Source of the DNA: Octopus vulgaris
Taxonomy: Eukaryota
Length of the DNA stretch: 64,000 nt
Direction: 5' to 3'
Assembly (NCBI GenBank): GCA_951406725.2
Contig: OX597818.1
Span: forward strand, 137,950,001 to 138,014,000
Made by a program: the position numbers and the translations under genes. The notes under the pieces are model-generated. The model had not been told where the DNA came from and made no database searches. It saw nothing but the letters and a program-made list of their open reading frames with translations. Shown here piece after piece: positions 13,438 to 28,514 of this stretch; position 1 is the stretch's first letter; each line of letters begins with the position of its first letter.

Positions 13438-14036
13438 TTCAATGACAATAACAACAGACGCAGTCTTAGATCAAAGCCACTTTCTATAACAAGTGGTATT
13501 CTGGCATTTTAATAGTTGTACTCTCATCTTCCACTACGATACCCTTTTTTTAGATTTCCAAGGAATCATATACGCAGTCACAGTACTGCTGATGCTGGTG
13601 TCGGCGTTAGCGTTGGCAGTGGTGTTCATGATGTTAATAGTGATGGTGGTGATGGTGATAGTGGCAGTGTCAATGGCCGTCGCAATTGTTGTTCCTCGTC
13701 GTCTTCGTCGACTTCGTAGTCATCGTAATCGCCGTCGCGTGGGGGTTGAGGTAGTAGCGGTAAAAAGTTGGTGGTGATGCGGTTGTGGCTGTGGTGGTGG
13801 CAGTGATAGACGTGTTGTTGATGGTGGTGGTGGTGGTGGTGGTGGTTGTGGTAGTGTTCGTTGAAGTGGTGTTGGCGGTAGTTCTTGCGGTTCTAGAGGC
13901 GATTGTTGTAGTGTTTTTTCGGGGTAGTGGTAGGTGTGACAGTAGTGGTGGTGGTGGTGGAGACTTGTGGTGGTGGTGGAGATAGTGGTGGTGGTGGTGG
14001 AGACAGTGGTGGTGGTGGTGATGGCGAAAATGATAA

Positions 14037-14079
<43 letters not shown>

Positions 14080-14086
14080 GGTGGTG

Positions 14087-14144
<58 letters not shown>

Positions 14145-15588
14145 CAGTTACTGTAATAAGTGGTTGTTATGGCAGAGTCGGTAGTGGTGATTGCATTGTA
14201 CGTAGTGGTAGTGCAGGTAGTGGTAGCGGTGGCGATAGCAGTGCTGATGGTGTTGTTGTTGTTGTCGGTGGTGGTGTTGATGTTGTTGTTGTTGCTGCTG
14301 GTGGTGGTGGGGACAGTGGTGATATGCACGGTGGTGCTGAGTTTTAGCAACGATCTAAAAAATGCTTCTTATAACGGTGATGCTGACAACATGGCAGCAC
14401 TGTAACGGCGGTGGAAGAGGCAGCTAACGTGGCGGTGGTGGTAGCATTTGCATCGTTGCTATGAAACTGCGGCGGCGGCGGCAGCGGCAGCGGACGTGGT
14501 AGTGACGCCGTGCCGTGGCAGAGGCGGAGACGGAGTCTGTGCTGTATTTGAAGAGGGTCGAACGATGATTAGGGAAATGTCACAAATCTTTACGCTTGTT
14601 AAAATCATAAACCCTCTTCCCTCATTCCTATATATTCCACCATCACCTTCGCCGACATTGGTCCTTAGAGTGGTAAACCTATAACAGCACCGCCACCTAC
14701 ATTAGTCTCCAAATGCAGCCAGACCTTAATGATCAACTCCCCCTCCATCGCCACTGACGTCATTAATATTATAATCATCATCATTCATCATTACCACCAC
14801 TATTATTACCACTACTGTAAACACAACTCTCTACTGTAACCATTACCACCACTGGTATAACAACCACTATCATCACCACTCTCACCACCACCACCACCAC
14901 CACTACTGTCATTAACATCATCACCATCACCATCATTACTATTACCGCCACCATTACTGTCATTAGGATGGTTTGTGATTTAGACACAAGGCTAGCAATT
15001 CTAAGTTGGGCGGGGTCTTAGTTGATACCATCGACCCTCATGCGTCACTGGTACTTTATTTTATCAACCCTAGCGGAGTGGAGTGCAAAGTTGGCTTCGG
15101 CCATCACGGCAGAGAGTCACTGCAACATAAATGAAGGAAAGCCGTAGGAAGAAGGAAAGGTGATCGTATTCGATAGCGGAATGATAGTCTTTGTGTATGT
15201 ATGTATGTATGTATGTATGTATGTATGTATGTATGTATGTATGCAGGTATGTATGTATGTATTTGTTCTTGAGTTTTTATTATATAAGTTCTTCCTCACA
15301 GGGAGGAGTTGGTTTCTAATAAAGGTTCAAACCTCCATCATTGGAATGTACTAACAAAAACAATGTCAGATTTTAAATTTGAGAAAAATTTTGCATATTT
15401 TTTACTGTTCAGCTTACAGACTGTACTTCTAATGTGCAATTTGATTTATTTCTCTGAAAATCCTGAATTGTACTGATTGTCATTTAGACATTTACTCACA
15501 GAACCAAGTACACCAATTATTATTGGTTAAAAGATGGAGGTTTCGAAGGAGTTGTCCATAGTTATTCCTTTTTCTTTCGGAGTCGTGG

Positions 15589-15770
15589 TTGCTTACCAAC
15601 CACATGGTTCCATGTTCAGTCCCACTGCGTGGTACCTTGGGCAAGTGTCTTCTACTATAACCGAGGCCATAGTAGAAGACACTTGCTGAAGGTACCACGC
15701 AGTGGGACTGAACCTGGAACCATGTAGTTGGTAAACAAGCTACTTACCACGCAGTCTCTTTCGCGGCTAT
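15589..15770. mobile_element. Two inverted SINE family A heads forming a fold-back
   Basis: Arm 15589-15658 is the near-perfect reverse complement of 15669-15739. Confidence 0.9.
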
Positions 15771-15780
15771 ATATATATAC

Positions 15781-15859
<79 letters not shown>

Positions 15860-16702
15860 TGCGCATATAACATGTGTTCGATGTAATTGCGGAGTGTGTG
15901 CAATATTTGTATATTGTTTATATGCTGTATGATATGTATATACAAATACATACGTACATATGTGTCTGTATGTATGAATGTATTTATTTACATGTGTATA
16001 AACAGCGCTATTCAGAATTTTTCTCTCTCTCTCTTTCTTTCTCTATCCCTCTCACTCTTGCTCTCTTTTCTCGCTTTCACTCCCACTCTCTGTCTTTAAC
16101 TATCATTCTATGTATAATATACATACAATATATACAATATGCATGTGCGTTACTGTATATCATATAATATACTATTTTATATTATATTGTACTATATTAT
16201 AGATATATATATATATATATATATATATGAAGAAGCATAAACATTCATACATTCATAGGTGTATATATGCATGTTTAAGCGCGCATGTGTGTGTATGTTT
16301 CTATGTGTATATATATCATAGAAAGTGGTTCATCCCCCCCCCCCGCCATTAATAAAATATACAAAATATAGCATCGAGGATTTAATAGCCATAGAAATAT
16401 TTTCACCGTTGAATTGTCAAGAATTAACCTTAAGAAAACTTTCTCAAGTGCATTCTGACACTATTAAGCCTTGGCAAGATTTTCTCAAGTATTATTTACA
16501 CATAAAGCAAAATAGTTAATGAAATACAAGCTAAGGAATTATCCACTGACAAACCCCCACCATCAAACCTTGTCTATTAAAAACTGAAGAACTCAACGTA
16601 TATGGTAGCTAATCAATATCGACATAAATCTCTGCATGTAACGTGCAAGCGCAGCGTAAGAGTTACAGCGAAAATTCTTCCGCGTGGCTTTTGTTCTTGC
16701 AG

Positions 16703-16743
16703 AGAAGAAGAGAATGTCGACACACCAACAGTTGCGATTTGAA
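16703..16743 (+). other. Candidate 41-nt spliceosomal exon (possibly containing a start codon)
   Basis: Acceptor cttttgttcttgcag, donor aa|gtgagt; ATG at 16714 gives MSTHQQLRFE. No homology recognised. Confidence 0.3.
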
Positions 16744-17833
16744 GTGAGTTGAAACACTTAACGAAGAGAAATTCTTCAACTATAGGTCAAGGATTACTGA
16801 GAGGAATTTTTCACCGGGACATTGAGCTTGTATTTTGATGACTCAAAGCGCTTTTTAGATTTTTATATAAACTACTTTTAGTTGATAGCAGGTTACGTGA
16901 TGGCGGAAGTGGTGGAAGTGATGGTGATGATATCAGTTGTAGTGTTTGCGTGTGAAGTCGGGAACCGATGGAGAAGTGGGTTTTTTTTTTTTCGCTTGTT
17001 TTCTAAATAGGCAGATTCCTGGTATTCTTGAGTGTTTTGCTTAAAGGTCTCGCTTCATGCATAACTTAGCCATAAGGAATCTGTTGCCGGTGTCATTAAT
17101 GTTTGATAGTGATGATGATGATGATGATGATGATGGTGATGTTGAGACTATGGGCGTTCTTGTAGTAGCCATTATTGTAGTTGATGCTATTTCTTTCCTT
17201 TTTCTATTTTCCCAATTAATAATTTTGGTTTCAAATTTAGCACAAGTCCAGCAATTTCGAGGGAGATAGTAGATCGGTAACATCGACCCCAGTGCTCAAC
17301 TGGTACTTATTTTATGGAGCCTGAAAGGGATGATAGGCAAAAGTCTACCTCAGCGGAATATGACTTTTTTATACATCCTAGGCCACTGGTAGTGAAATTT
17401 CTAAAACTATTCGCTACCCTGTATATTTTACGTATATGATTTTAGCATTTCGAAGATCAGTTCGGCATTTTTCATTTAGTGCCTACTGAAACTGAGCTTG
17501 CGCGGTGTATTTGAAAAATTATAGCATATAATGATGAGACATGTGTTATTTGTTTCTAAATTATATGTTAATGTTATGGCGTGGTTACTGATGAGAATTT
17601 CGCCTAGCAAATTATTTTATTTGCTAAAAAAATTTTTGAAACCTAGGTATAACCGTAAAAAAATAACAAGGTAATAGTTTTTATCTTTCATTGCTCTTAA
17701 ATGTGGTTTTGGTCGTTTTGACTGCTTCTTCTAGAATGTAAAATTACCTGTTAAGGATTGTTTTCATTTGTGTTTGAATGTACACTATTATATATGTATA
17801 TATATATCTTTATAATTATATACATAATTATAA

Positions 17834-18518
17834 CAAGGGCCTGGCTTGCGCCTCACCACGCCCTGGAAAATAGACGTCAAAAGACATTATAACCACCATA
17901 AATTCTCCGAGAATAAACACACCACAGGCTAACAAAAGAAAGAAATGAATTAAAACTTTCGGTTAACATGATCCTGTTTCCAGCTTAATGTAAAAAATAT
18001 TACCTATTGCCTTCATCAGCGCCGGAATAAAAAGCAATCAGTGTTTTCATAAAAAATAATGAAGCATCCCTTTATTTCAATAAAATTGTTGGTTTTATTA
18101 AACGAAGTTAAGGCAAAAAAAAATACTTTTTGAGAAACCAAATAGTCTTTCCTTCAGGCCAAGTTTGAAGAAAATATCTCTTTTACATCTTACTTTTTTG
18201 GTCTCTTAAATATACTGCATTTGGTGGCATTATTTCAAGCCAGCCGGCTTTTTTGTGAAAACTGCACGTGCATTTTTCTCGCGTACGCGTAGTATCGATC
18301 ACAACAGCTGAAATACTTGTGCGTACAAATGCACGTTCCCACGGCTTTATCGATCGCATTCTCACCTGGAATCGATTTTTGTAATGTTTTCAAGATTTAT
18401 ACACGCCCCGATACCGTCGGTGTCTACATGTCATATTTGAGCGCAATTGGATGGAGGATTCCCGAGATCCTAGAAGACACACACACATACACAGACAGAA
18501 CGAATTTTGTATGATAGA
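17834..18518 (-). mobile_element. Non-autonomous Helitron-like element
   Basis: Minus strand starts TCtatcatacaaaattcgttctgtctgtg and ends with a GC-rich segment then CTTG (variant of CTRR). Confidence 0.55.
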
Positions 18519-18932
18519 TATGCATATATGGGTACAGGACTTCACAAACCGTATGTATGTGTATGTATATAGGTAGGCAGGTTTGTATGCATAGATAATT
18601 TGAAGTGTTTTACATTTTTTGTATATTAAGTAAAAACGAGATAATCAGAATTTGGGGTTTTGGTTAAAAATTATTTATGTACCATTGTCATCTCTTTTGA
18701 GACATTCATCATGCACGTGTATGCATATATATAAATCAACAGCTGAGATTGATGGTAAGGTGACAGGAATAGTATCAATGGACCTGTTGGAGTTAGATAT
18801 TTAGCTATGTATCTTTATGTTATGAATTCAGAATCCGACAGTTGTTTGTATAAACATTAAAGGACAAAGTCTCACGTGATATAATCACATCATGCACATA
18901 TATATATAATTTCCGTCTATGTTATATATATA

Positions 18933-19088
<156 letters not shown>

Positions 19089-19108
19089 TATATACATACA
19101 TACATACA

Positions 19109-19144
<36 letters not shown>

Positions 19145-20139
19145 TTTTTTTTTCAACTACAAACATAAACAGGAAAAGCTCGTGGCAGAATACGCAAGTT
19201 TTGTCAAAGTATATAAATTGAAAAACACACGCAAACACATATACACACAAACTGACATACATTTGCACAGACATTCGCACACTCACAAACCCGCACACAT
19301 ATATACATACTTTTGTGAAGCCACTTATTTGTTTGTGTGTAATGAATATATTATATATTTTACATATATATTCCATATCTGTATTTGTATTTGTGTTTGT
19401 GCTTGTGTGTGTGTGTGTGTATGTGTGTATGTGTGTGTGTGTGTGCGTAAGTTCTAGTGTATATAATTTAATCATGCGTGGCCTTTGCGTATACATAACG
19501 CTTCCCTGTCTTCTGATTACATTCATTTATATACACTTACCTTTTGCCATATATATATATCGTAACAACATATATAATGACATTCAGTGACAATGAATGT
19601 CACGATGATCCTATCATTGAGACATTGGTGAGAATTCATGCGATGATGATGATAATGATGATGATGATGGTGGTGGTGGTGGTGGTGGTGGTGGTGGTGG
19701 TGGTGGTGGTTGTCGTTGTGGTGACGATGCTCGTGAAAACGACATGAATTTACCATGAATAGACATGAAAAGTTGTATTCCTTCCGGAATCGTGTCAATC
19801 TCTCATAGCCCCAACCCCAAATTCTCAAAATCTACCCTTGCACCATTCCATTCATCATAAATTCATTTAGCATCCCCTCACAACCATCAATACCACCGTT
19901 TCTACATCATACACCATTACACTGCCGCCGTCGCCACCATCACAAGAAGCATTATTCAAAGACATCTTATTGTTAGAACGAATGCTTTTATATCATATTG
20001 TTTCCCGTTTACGTAATGACAGAAATAAGGGAAGTTTCAGTGGTGATGGTCGTGGTGATTGTGGTTACAGGTGGTGGAGGTATTTGTCCGGTGGTGAATA
20101 TCGTGGTGCCTAGTGCCCTTTGTGGAAAGGGCCTTTCAT

Positions 20140-20382
20140 CATTTATCCTTTACTTGATTCAGTCATCTAACTGAGGCCATGCTGGGGCATCGCCTTAAAG
20201 AGTTTTCAGGCTAAAAAATCAACCCCAGGACCTATTAATTTTGTTTAAGCCTGGTACCTATTCTATCGATTTCTCTTGCTGAACTGCTAAGTAACGGGGA
20301 CGTGAACACACCAACACTAGTTGTCAAGCGGTGGGTAGAGGGACAAATACAGACACACACATACAGATATATATATGTGTGT

Positions 20383-20400
<18 letters not shown>
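20140..20400 (-). mobile_element. 3' half of SINE family A (diverged)
   Basis: ggccatgctggggcatcgcc...gaactgctaagtaacggggacgtgaacacacc matches the family A tail. Confidence 0.8.
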
Positions 20401-20460
<60 letters not shown>

Positions 20461-20574
20461 GCGTGTGTGTGTGTGTATAAGAGCGTTGTATTAATAGTTC
20501 GCTTGAAGCATTGTGATATCGAAGAATATGAAAAGAGAGAAAATAGACAGCTTCTGACAAAGCGGTAATTTTAA

Positions 20575-20616
20575 ACCCTTGATATATTTCGGGCTCAGCG
20601 TCTCCTCTTCAGGAGA
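20575..20616 (-). ncRNA. Degenerate type I hammerhead ribozyme motif in the 3' region of a Penelope-like element
   Basis: Minus strand CUGAAGA-gg...cc-GAAA-uaua-UC with palindromic stem III; stem I is imperfect. Confidence 0.55.
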
Positions 20617-20900
20617 AAAGAATAGTTTAAGAAAAGTCCAGTTATGTCGGGTACGTTAATCCATTTAAACTTTATAGCGTTTATGTAATAACAGCAGTCA
20701 CTCTCCCTACATAGGTGTAATCGACGTCCCACGCATTGGTGTAAACAGACAACAAATGCCCAGCTGTAGCTGTAAGCTACTCACCATTTGTAGTATTATT
20801 AGTTGTAGTCACGTTCGCCCTTTAAGTGTTGCCGGCTGTCCGAGTGTTGGTGTGAATAATTCTCGGCTGCTGTTACAGGCCATTCTCCATCTGTTGGATG

Positions 20901-21183
20901 TTATCGTAGGAGCCACGGACTCAACTCCGATCGATTGTTAATTTTCGGGTTAAAATGGTTGATCAACAGAACCTCTTTTGTAAGATGATTGCCGGTGTGG
21001 TTCTCAGGGGCTACTATGAAGGCGTCTACTCCCTTGATAGTGTTGTCACATCTAGTCAGATCTTTGCGGAAGGAGGACGCGTCGGTGGTGAGATGCTCCT
21101 TAATTCGGACGTGGATTGGTCGCGTTGTGCTACCGATGTAGCGTTTGGTTACCGGATTTGGAGCATCGTATTTTATAAATCAC
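20901..21183 (-). pseudogene. Penelope-like element GIY-YIG endonuclease remnant
   Basis: Manual translation with frameshifts: VIYKIRCSK...YIGSTTRPIHVRIKEHLTTDASSFRK...KEVLLINHFNPKINNRSELSPWLLR*. The VIY/YIG, R..EH, E..LI and P.IN motifs are present. Confidence 0.88.
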
Positions 21184-21295
21184 GCATGTACGTAAGCGAC
21201 TCGAATATTTGGTTAAGTACCCAGGTTTCTGGATTTCTGCAGCATATCCGTGTTAAGTAAGACACACAGATTGCTATATATATATATATATATAT

Positions 21296-21604
21296 AAAAG
21301 GAAATGAAGAAAATGCTGACAAAATAATTTAAGTAAGGGAGAGTGTATTTAATTAGGTGAAAGTTCTTTTTACCAGTTGCGCATTTGTTATGCTTATCAA
21401 AAGATATTTTTTTAAGAGAGATAGAGTTCCTTTCTGATAGATTTTTAAGAGAAAACATCTATCAGATAGGAACTCTATCTCTCTTAAAAAAATATCTTTT
21501 GATAAGCATAACAAATGCGCAACCGGTAAAAAGAACTTTCACCTAATTAAATACACTCTCCCTTACTTAAATTATTTTGTCAGCATTTTCTTCATTTCCT
21601 TTTT
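21296..21604. repeat. Near-perfect ~150-bp-arm palindrome flanked by (TA)n, with a hammerhead-like motif in each arm
   Basis: 21296-21445 is the reverse complement of about 21452-21604 with few mismatches. Motif ttgataa-gcat-aacaa-atgc-gcaa-ccggta at 21499-21528. Confidence 0.9.
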
Positions 21605-22109
21605 TTATATATCACAACTCGTGTTCCACATCTCCTTTTTTAAATATATATATATATATATATTGCTATATATATACCATAGTTATATCACATATATATT
21701 AGAGCGGTTTATGTTTCTCTTAAAGTGTAGTGTTACGAATGCATGAGATGCACTATCTTCTGCTCGTTAGTTTCTTGTTTAAATCTGATTCTCTCGTTAT
21801 ATTACATTACTAGGTAATAGCAGAGAGGCTAAGACCTTTGCTTCGTAACCACGTTATACTGGGTTTGATTTTACAACACAAAGTCGAAAGCAAGTGTCTT
21901 GCTTTATTACTCATGAACGAGATTTGTTTGATATAAAATCCCGAGACAATAAAATTCCGAAGTGCATCTCCAATTTCATTGTTATGTGATACAATTCATG
22001 AGAAAGAAAAACAAATTCTCGGATGTGTGTGTGTTTGTGAGTATGTGTATATGAGTGTGTGTATGAGTATGAGTATGTGTATGTGTGGTTAGGGTGTTGT
22101 ACTCTTGTA

Positions 22110-22335
22110 TGTGAGTGTGGCGTAGTGGTTAATGTGCTGCGCTCACGTTCGCAAGATCGTGATTTCGATTTCCAAGACAGGCTGTGCGTTGTGTTTATAT
22201 TACGTTGCTTCAGTCACTGGCGTCCTGTTCAGAGGTGGACTTGCCTATTCGCCTAACCACCGGAGGGGCACCCTTTGACAGCTACAACAGGGCGACGAAC
22301 GCATATTCACCACTTCCGAGAGTCAGCTCGATACA
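22110..22335 (+). mobile_element. Diverged tRNA-derived SINE (family C-like head)
   Basis: A box tggcgtagtgg and B box tttcgatttcc, similar to the head at 62398. Confidence 0.6.
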
Positions 22336-22517
22336 GTGATATAGAAATATATATACATACTTATTCACATATACGTATACATGCATTTGCAGACACATAA
22401 ACACGCACACACGCACACACACACATACACACACACTTATATACATACATATGCACACGTATATAAATATAGATATAGACATACATTTATATATACACAT
22501 ATATACTTGCACATGTG

Positions 22518-22549
<32 letters not shown>

Positions 22550-22580
22550 CATATATATATACATACATATATATATATAC

Positions 22581-22629
<49 letters not shown>

Positions 22630-22634
22630 TATAC

Positions 22635-22817
<183 letters not shown>

Positions 22818-22889
22818 CATATGTATATGTATGTTTGTATGTATATATAGTTCGCAATCTTTTAAATATAATATGTGCTTATAATATAT

Positions 22890-23051
22890 TAGTCAATCAA
22901 TAGGCGTAGGAGTGGCTGTGTGGCAAATAGCTTGCTTACGAACCACATGGTTCCGGGTTCAATCCCACTGCGTGGCACCTTGGGCAAGTGTATTCTCTTG
23001 CCAAAGCCTTGTGAGTGGATTTGGTAGGCGGAAACTGAAAGAACCCCGTCG

Positions 23052-23084
<33 letters not shown>

Positions 23085-23101
23085 CATATATATATATATA
23101 T

Positions 23102-23138
<37 letters not shown>

Positions 23139-23688
23139 TGTATGTATGTATGTATGTATGTATGTATGTATGTATGTATGTGTGTGTGTGTATAAGTTTG
23201 TGTGTCTTTGTTTGTACCGCCAACATCGCTTGACAACCGATGTTGGTGTGTTCCCGTCCCCGTAACTAAGCGGTTCGGCAAAACAGACCGATAGAATAAG
23301 TACTAGGCTTACAAAGAATAAGTCCTGGTGTCGATTTGCTCGACTAAAGGCGGTGCTCCAGCATGGTCACAGTCAAATGACTGAAACAGGTAAAAGAGTA
23401 AAAGAGTAATCAAATTCAAATAGCCATATTTCTCTATTATATTTTTCATTTATATCTTCTCAAGTACTTTCGTGTTTCGAAACAACCTTCAAGCGTTTAT
23501 TGATATGAGGATGACAATTATAGCCAAGAGATGTTAAGGTATAACTGACTGTATATTAACGTCCCTCTGATTATAGTTATCAATGCCATACGATATATAC
23601 CTGACGATTGTTGTGAAACAAGAAAGTACTTCAGAAGATATAAGTGAAAAATAAAATGTGAAAATGTAAGTTGAAATTTGATTGACTA
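22890..23688. mobile_element. Old fold-back MITE-like element interrupted by a SINE
   Basis: Ends tagtcaatcaa...tttgattgacta. The arms tatatcttctcaagtactttc and gaaagtacttcagaagatata are inverted copies. Confidence 0.7.
22901..23407 (+). mobile_element. Full-length SINE family A with internal microsatellite
   Basis: A box tggctgtgtgg, B box ggttcaatccc, CORE-like accttgggcaagt, internal (TA)n(TGTA)n, (GTAAAAGA)n tail, TSD aatcaa at 22895 and 23408. Confidence 0.92.
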
Positions 23689-23740
23689 ATGCGTGTGTTT
23701 GTGTGTGTGTGTGTGTGTGTGTATGTGTGTGTGTGTTTGC

Positions 23741-23822
<82 letters not shown>

Positions 23823-25226
23823 TGAAATGTAAATGTGTTAAAATGGGAATAATTAGGTGAAAATTAATTAAAATAATTTATGAAATTAAGTCAGGAGATG
23901 CAAAGCTTTTAAGTATTTGGTGATAAACCAACGCCAATTATTTCAGGTAAGAAACTGAATAATCAGAGGCGGAACACTTATTTAAATCCTGAAAATATAA
24001 GTATATTTACATAACACGCACACGAAATCATAAATTAAAAATCGATACTAATCACTTTCCACTGGTGTATTTTTATATGTTCTTAGTATATGAAATATGA
24101 ATGATAAATTTAATGAAATCAATGGGCCACTTAATGAAGTCGTAATATCACGCTTTGCAGTGAATATGTGTGCGCTGTATTAATCGTGATCTACACTACA
24201 GTTTCAAATGTTTGAGATTTATGCGCCTAAACACATGGATGTGTAAAATATTTAAATGTGGGGACCAAAACTGGGGACAAACTGCGATTTTAGATGAGGC
24301 ACCGAGATACGTAACACATTGCCTAAATACCAATCTTGAGAAATTAGGCTTCTCAACACCAGAAAGGAGAAAGCTTATTCGAAGACAATCCAGTGATCCA
24401 AGCCATCGCGGGAACCGTGAAAATCTATGACATTTTCCAGCAGTTTATCATTTAAGTATATACTGAGCATGTCTAGAAATGTGAGTATATGCATGAGAAG
24501 ACTTACATAAAAAAAACATACAGATCTGCGCGTATTCATATATACATAATACATGCATGCATACATACATACATACATACATACATACATACATACATAC
24601 ATACATACATACATACATACATACATACATACATACATACATACATCCATACATACATACATACATACATACATACATACATACATACATACATACATAC
24701 ATACATGCATTCACAAATACCCTGTCCTTCATGTTGAATTTCCAAAGAAGGTTCCTTGAAACTAGGTTAGAAACCAGCTCTTTCTGTATTGGCAAGAAAT
24801 CTGGAAATAAAACTGAATAATGACATAGATAAAGACAGCCGGAGAAATTCATTTGAAAATAACATCACACACATTAATAGAGATATATGAAATACAAAAA
24901 ATTAGTTTGATTTTTAACTTCAACTGTCTCTATTTGTTACCTGTACGATCGCCTGTATAGTAACTAATTCTTTTCACTTTTATTGTACTTTTTCATTGAC
25001 TGCTTTGCACAATTATATTTTCAACTTAACTTCAATATATATGTGTATATGTAATTATATATATATATATATATATATTTATTTATAGAGAGCGAAATTT
25101 ATAGAGAGCCATTCCAGGAAATCTAAAATCTCTTCCCCACAGTAGCTTTGTATACAAACACCTACATATGGACAAACAGGCATATATATATAAATAAATA
25201 AATAAATATGTGTATATATATATTTA

Positions 25227-26206
<980 letters not shown>

Positions 26207-26868
26207 TGACACATACACACATCCATTGCCCACTTTAACGCGTTCAATCCATCTTCCTTTAACAATTTAGCTTCTAATTTTTATCATTTTCTCTCCAACT
26301 GTCTTCTCTCCAAACCATCCACGTCTCTTAATGTGCCACTCTGTCTTCTGCCTCTCATTCTCTTTAGATGTTATTTCTCTTCCTTCCGTCTGCTCCCTTT
26401 TATATTTTCTCCAGCCCATATACAACTCCCTATGTCAACCCTAACAAATTTATACATACATAAATCTTCACGCATATTTGGCACAATTTCATGCATAACT
26501 TCACATGATTTCACGCCTGTGCTGACATGTGCCAGAACACATACATGCGTGAGCGAGCACATACACACACATACACACACACACATACACACACACACAC
26601 ACATAAATACACACACATACACATACATACACACACAAACTCAGAACTGACAAGCACACGTGTGCAGTTGTACATACTCGCACACAAACCTCTGCACACT
26701 CAATCTCTCTCACACGCACATATGCAGTTATGTATATATACGCAATACGGATTACATAATATACATATATATATACTTCATCAAGAACTCCATTGCCAAA
26801 CAAAAGCAGCAGATTCTTCTCAGCATTTCCCAAATTACATCCATCACGACCATCACTATCATCATCAC

Positions 26869-26907
<39 letters not shown>

Positions 26908-27231
26908 TATCATCACAACTATCATCACCAACAGGATCACTACAAACATAAGACTCGTGAACATTATCACCAAGATCACGACGACCACCACCACCACCAG
27001 CAGCACGACCACCACCACCACCAGCATCACCACCACCACAATCATCACCCGAAATAAGGTAGCCAACAGTAACACCGCTATCACCAAATTATCTTCCAGC
27101 AGAAGTAATATGCACACATATGCACATATACATACGTATGCACATACTTACAGACAAATGTATGTGTACACACACAGATGCAAACTTAGTTGTATAGATA
27201 TATTTTTATACGTATATATATACATATATAC

Positions 27232-27337
<106 letters not shown>

Positions 27338-27460
27338 TTGTTTTGGAATTTGTTCTCGAACTATGTATAAACCTACAAATAATAGCCTGCAAGTATTATA
27401 AAAATGCATGCATATATGCTTATCTGTGTATCTATATGTCTCTATAAATGTATATACATA

Positions 27461-27509
<49 letters not shown>

Positions 27510-28059
27510 TTACGACTGAAACAAGTAAAAGATATATATATATACTTTATATATATATATATCACGAATAGTTACATGCAGGCATATGCAGATATTGCAT
27601 TCATGCATATATGTATGTAGATTTACATACTTACATGTGTATATTATAGCCGAGTGATGATGGAGGTGACTGGAAGGGAAAATAGAGATAAATAATTCAA
27701 GAGTGTGATGGAATGATAACTGAAAAAAAAAAACAAGAGAGAGAGAAAGAATAACAACGTCAGTGATAAGAATATCTCTGAGGAACAGGAACAGTGATAA
27801 CACTGAGATATTCGGTGCAGTGGAATAATTATTGAGTGGGTGTATGGCGAGATTTGACGATGAATGATGGTGATGATCATGAATATGATGATCATGATGA
27901 TAAACATGATAATGAGGATAGTAATAATAATGATGGTCACTCCCGACGTTTTCTATATATGACTGTTTGAAGGAAAAGGATTTAAAAAAAAAAGAAAAAC
28001 ATTAAAAAATTTGAGTCGAAGAAAAATCAACTTTAAAAATAGGATAATAATAACAATAA

Positions 28060-28275
28060 ACCTTTCTACTATAGGCACGAAACGTGAAATTTTTGAGGAG
28101 AAAATTAGTGGGTTACATCGACCTCAGTGCATAACTGGTACTTTGTTTTATCGATTTCGAAAGGATGAAAGGCAAATTCGACCTCGGCAGAATTTGAACT
28201 CAGAAAGTAAAGACGGGCGAAATACTGTTAATCATTTAGCCCAGCGTGCTCATGACTCTGCCAGCTCGCCGCCTT
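28060..28275 (-). mobile_element. SINE family B copy
   Basis: aaggatgaaaggcaaattcgacctcggcagaatttgaactcag...ctgccagctcgccgcc. Confidence 0.88.

Positions 28276-28514
<239 letters not shown>

Noticed and set aside
13747-13757. let-7-like TGAGGTAGTAG
   Set aside because: The match stops after 11 nt, it lies in GTA/GTG low-complexity sequence, and there is no hairpin.
23598-23632. Hammerhead-like CTGACGA...GAAA in the MITE arm
   Set aside because: No stem II or stem I pairing, and the motif is not kept in the opposite arm.
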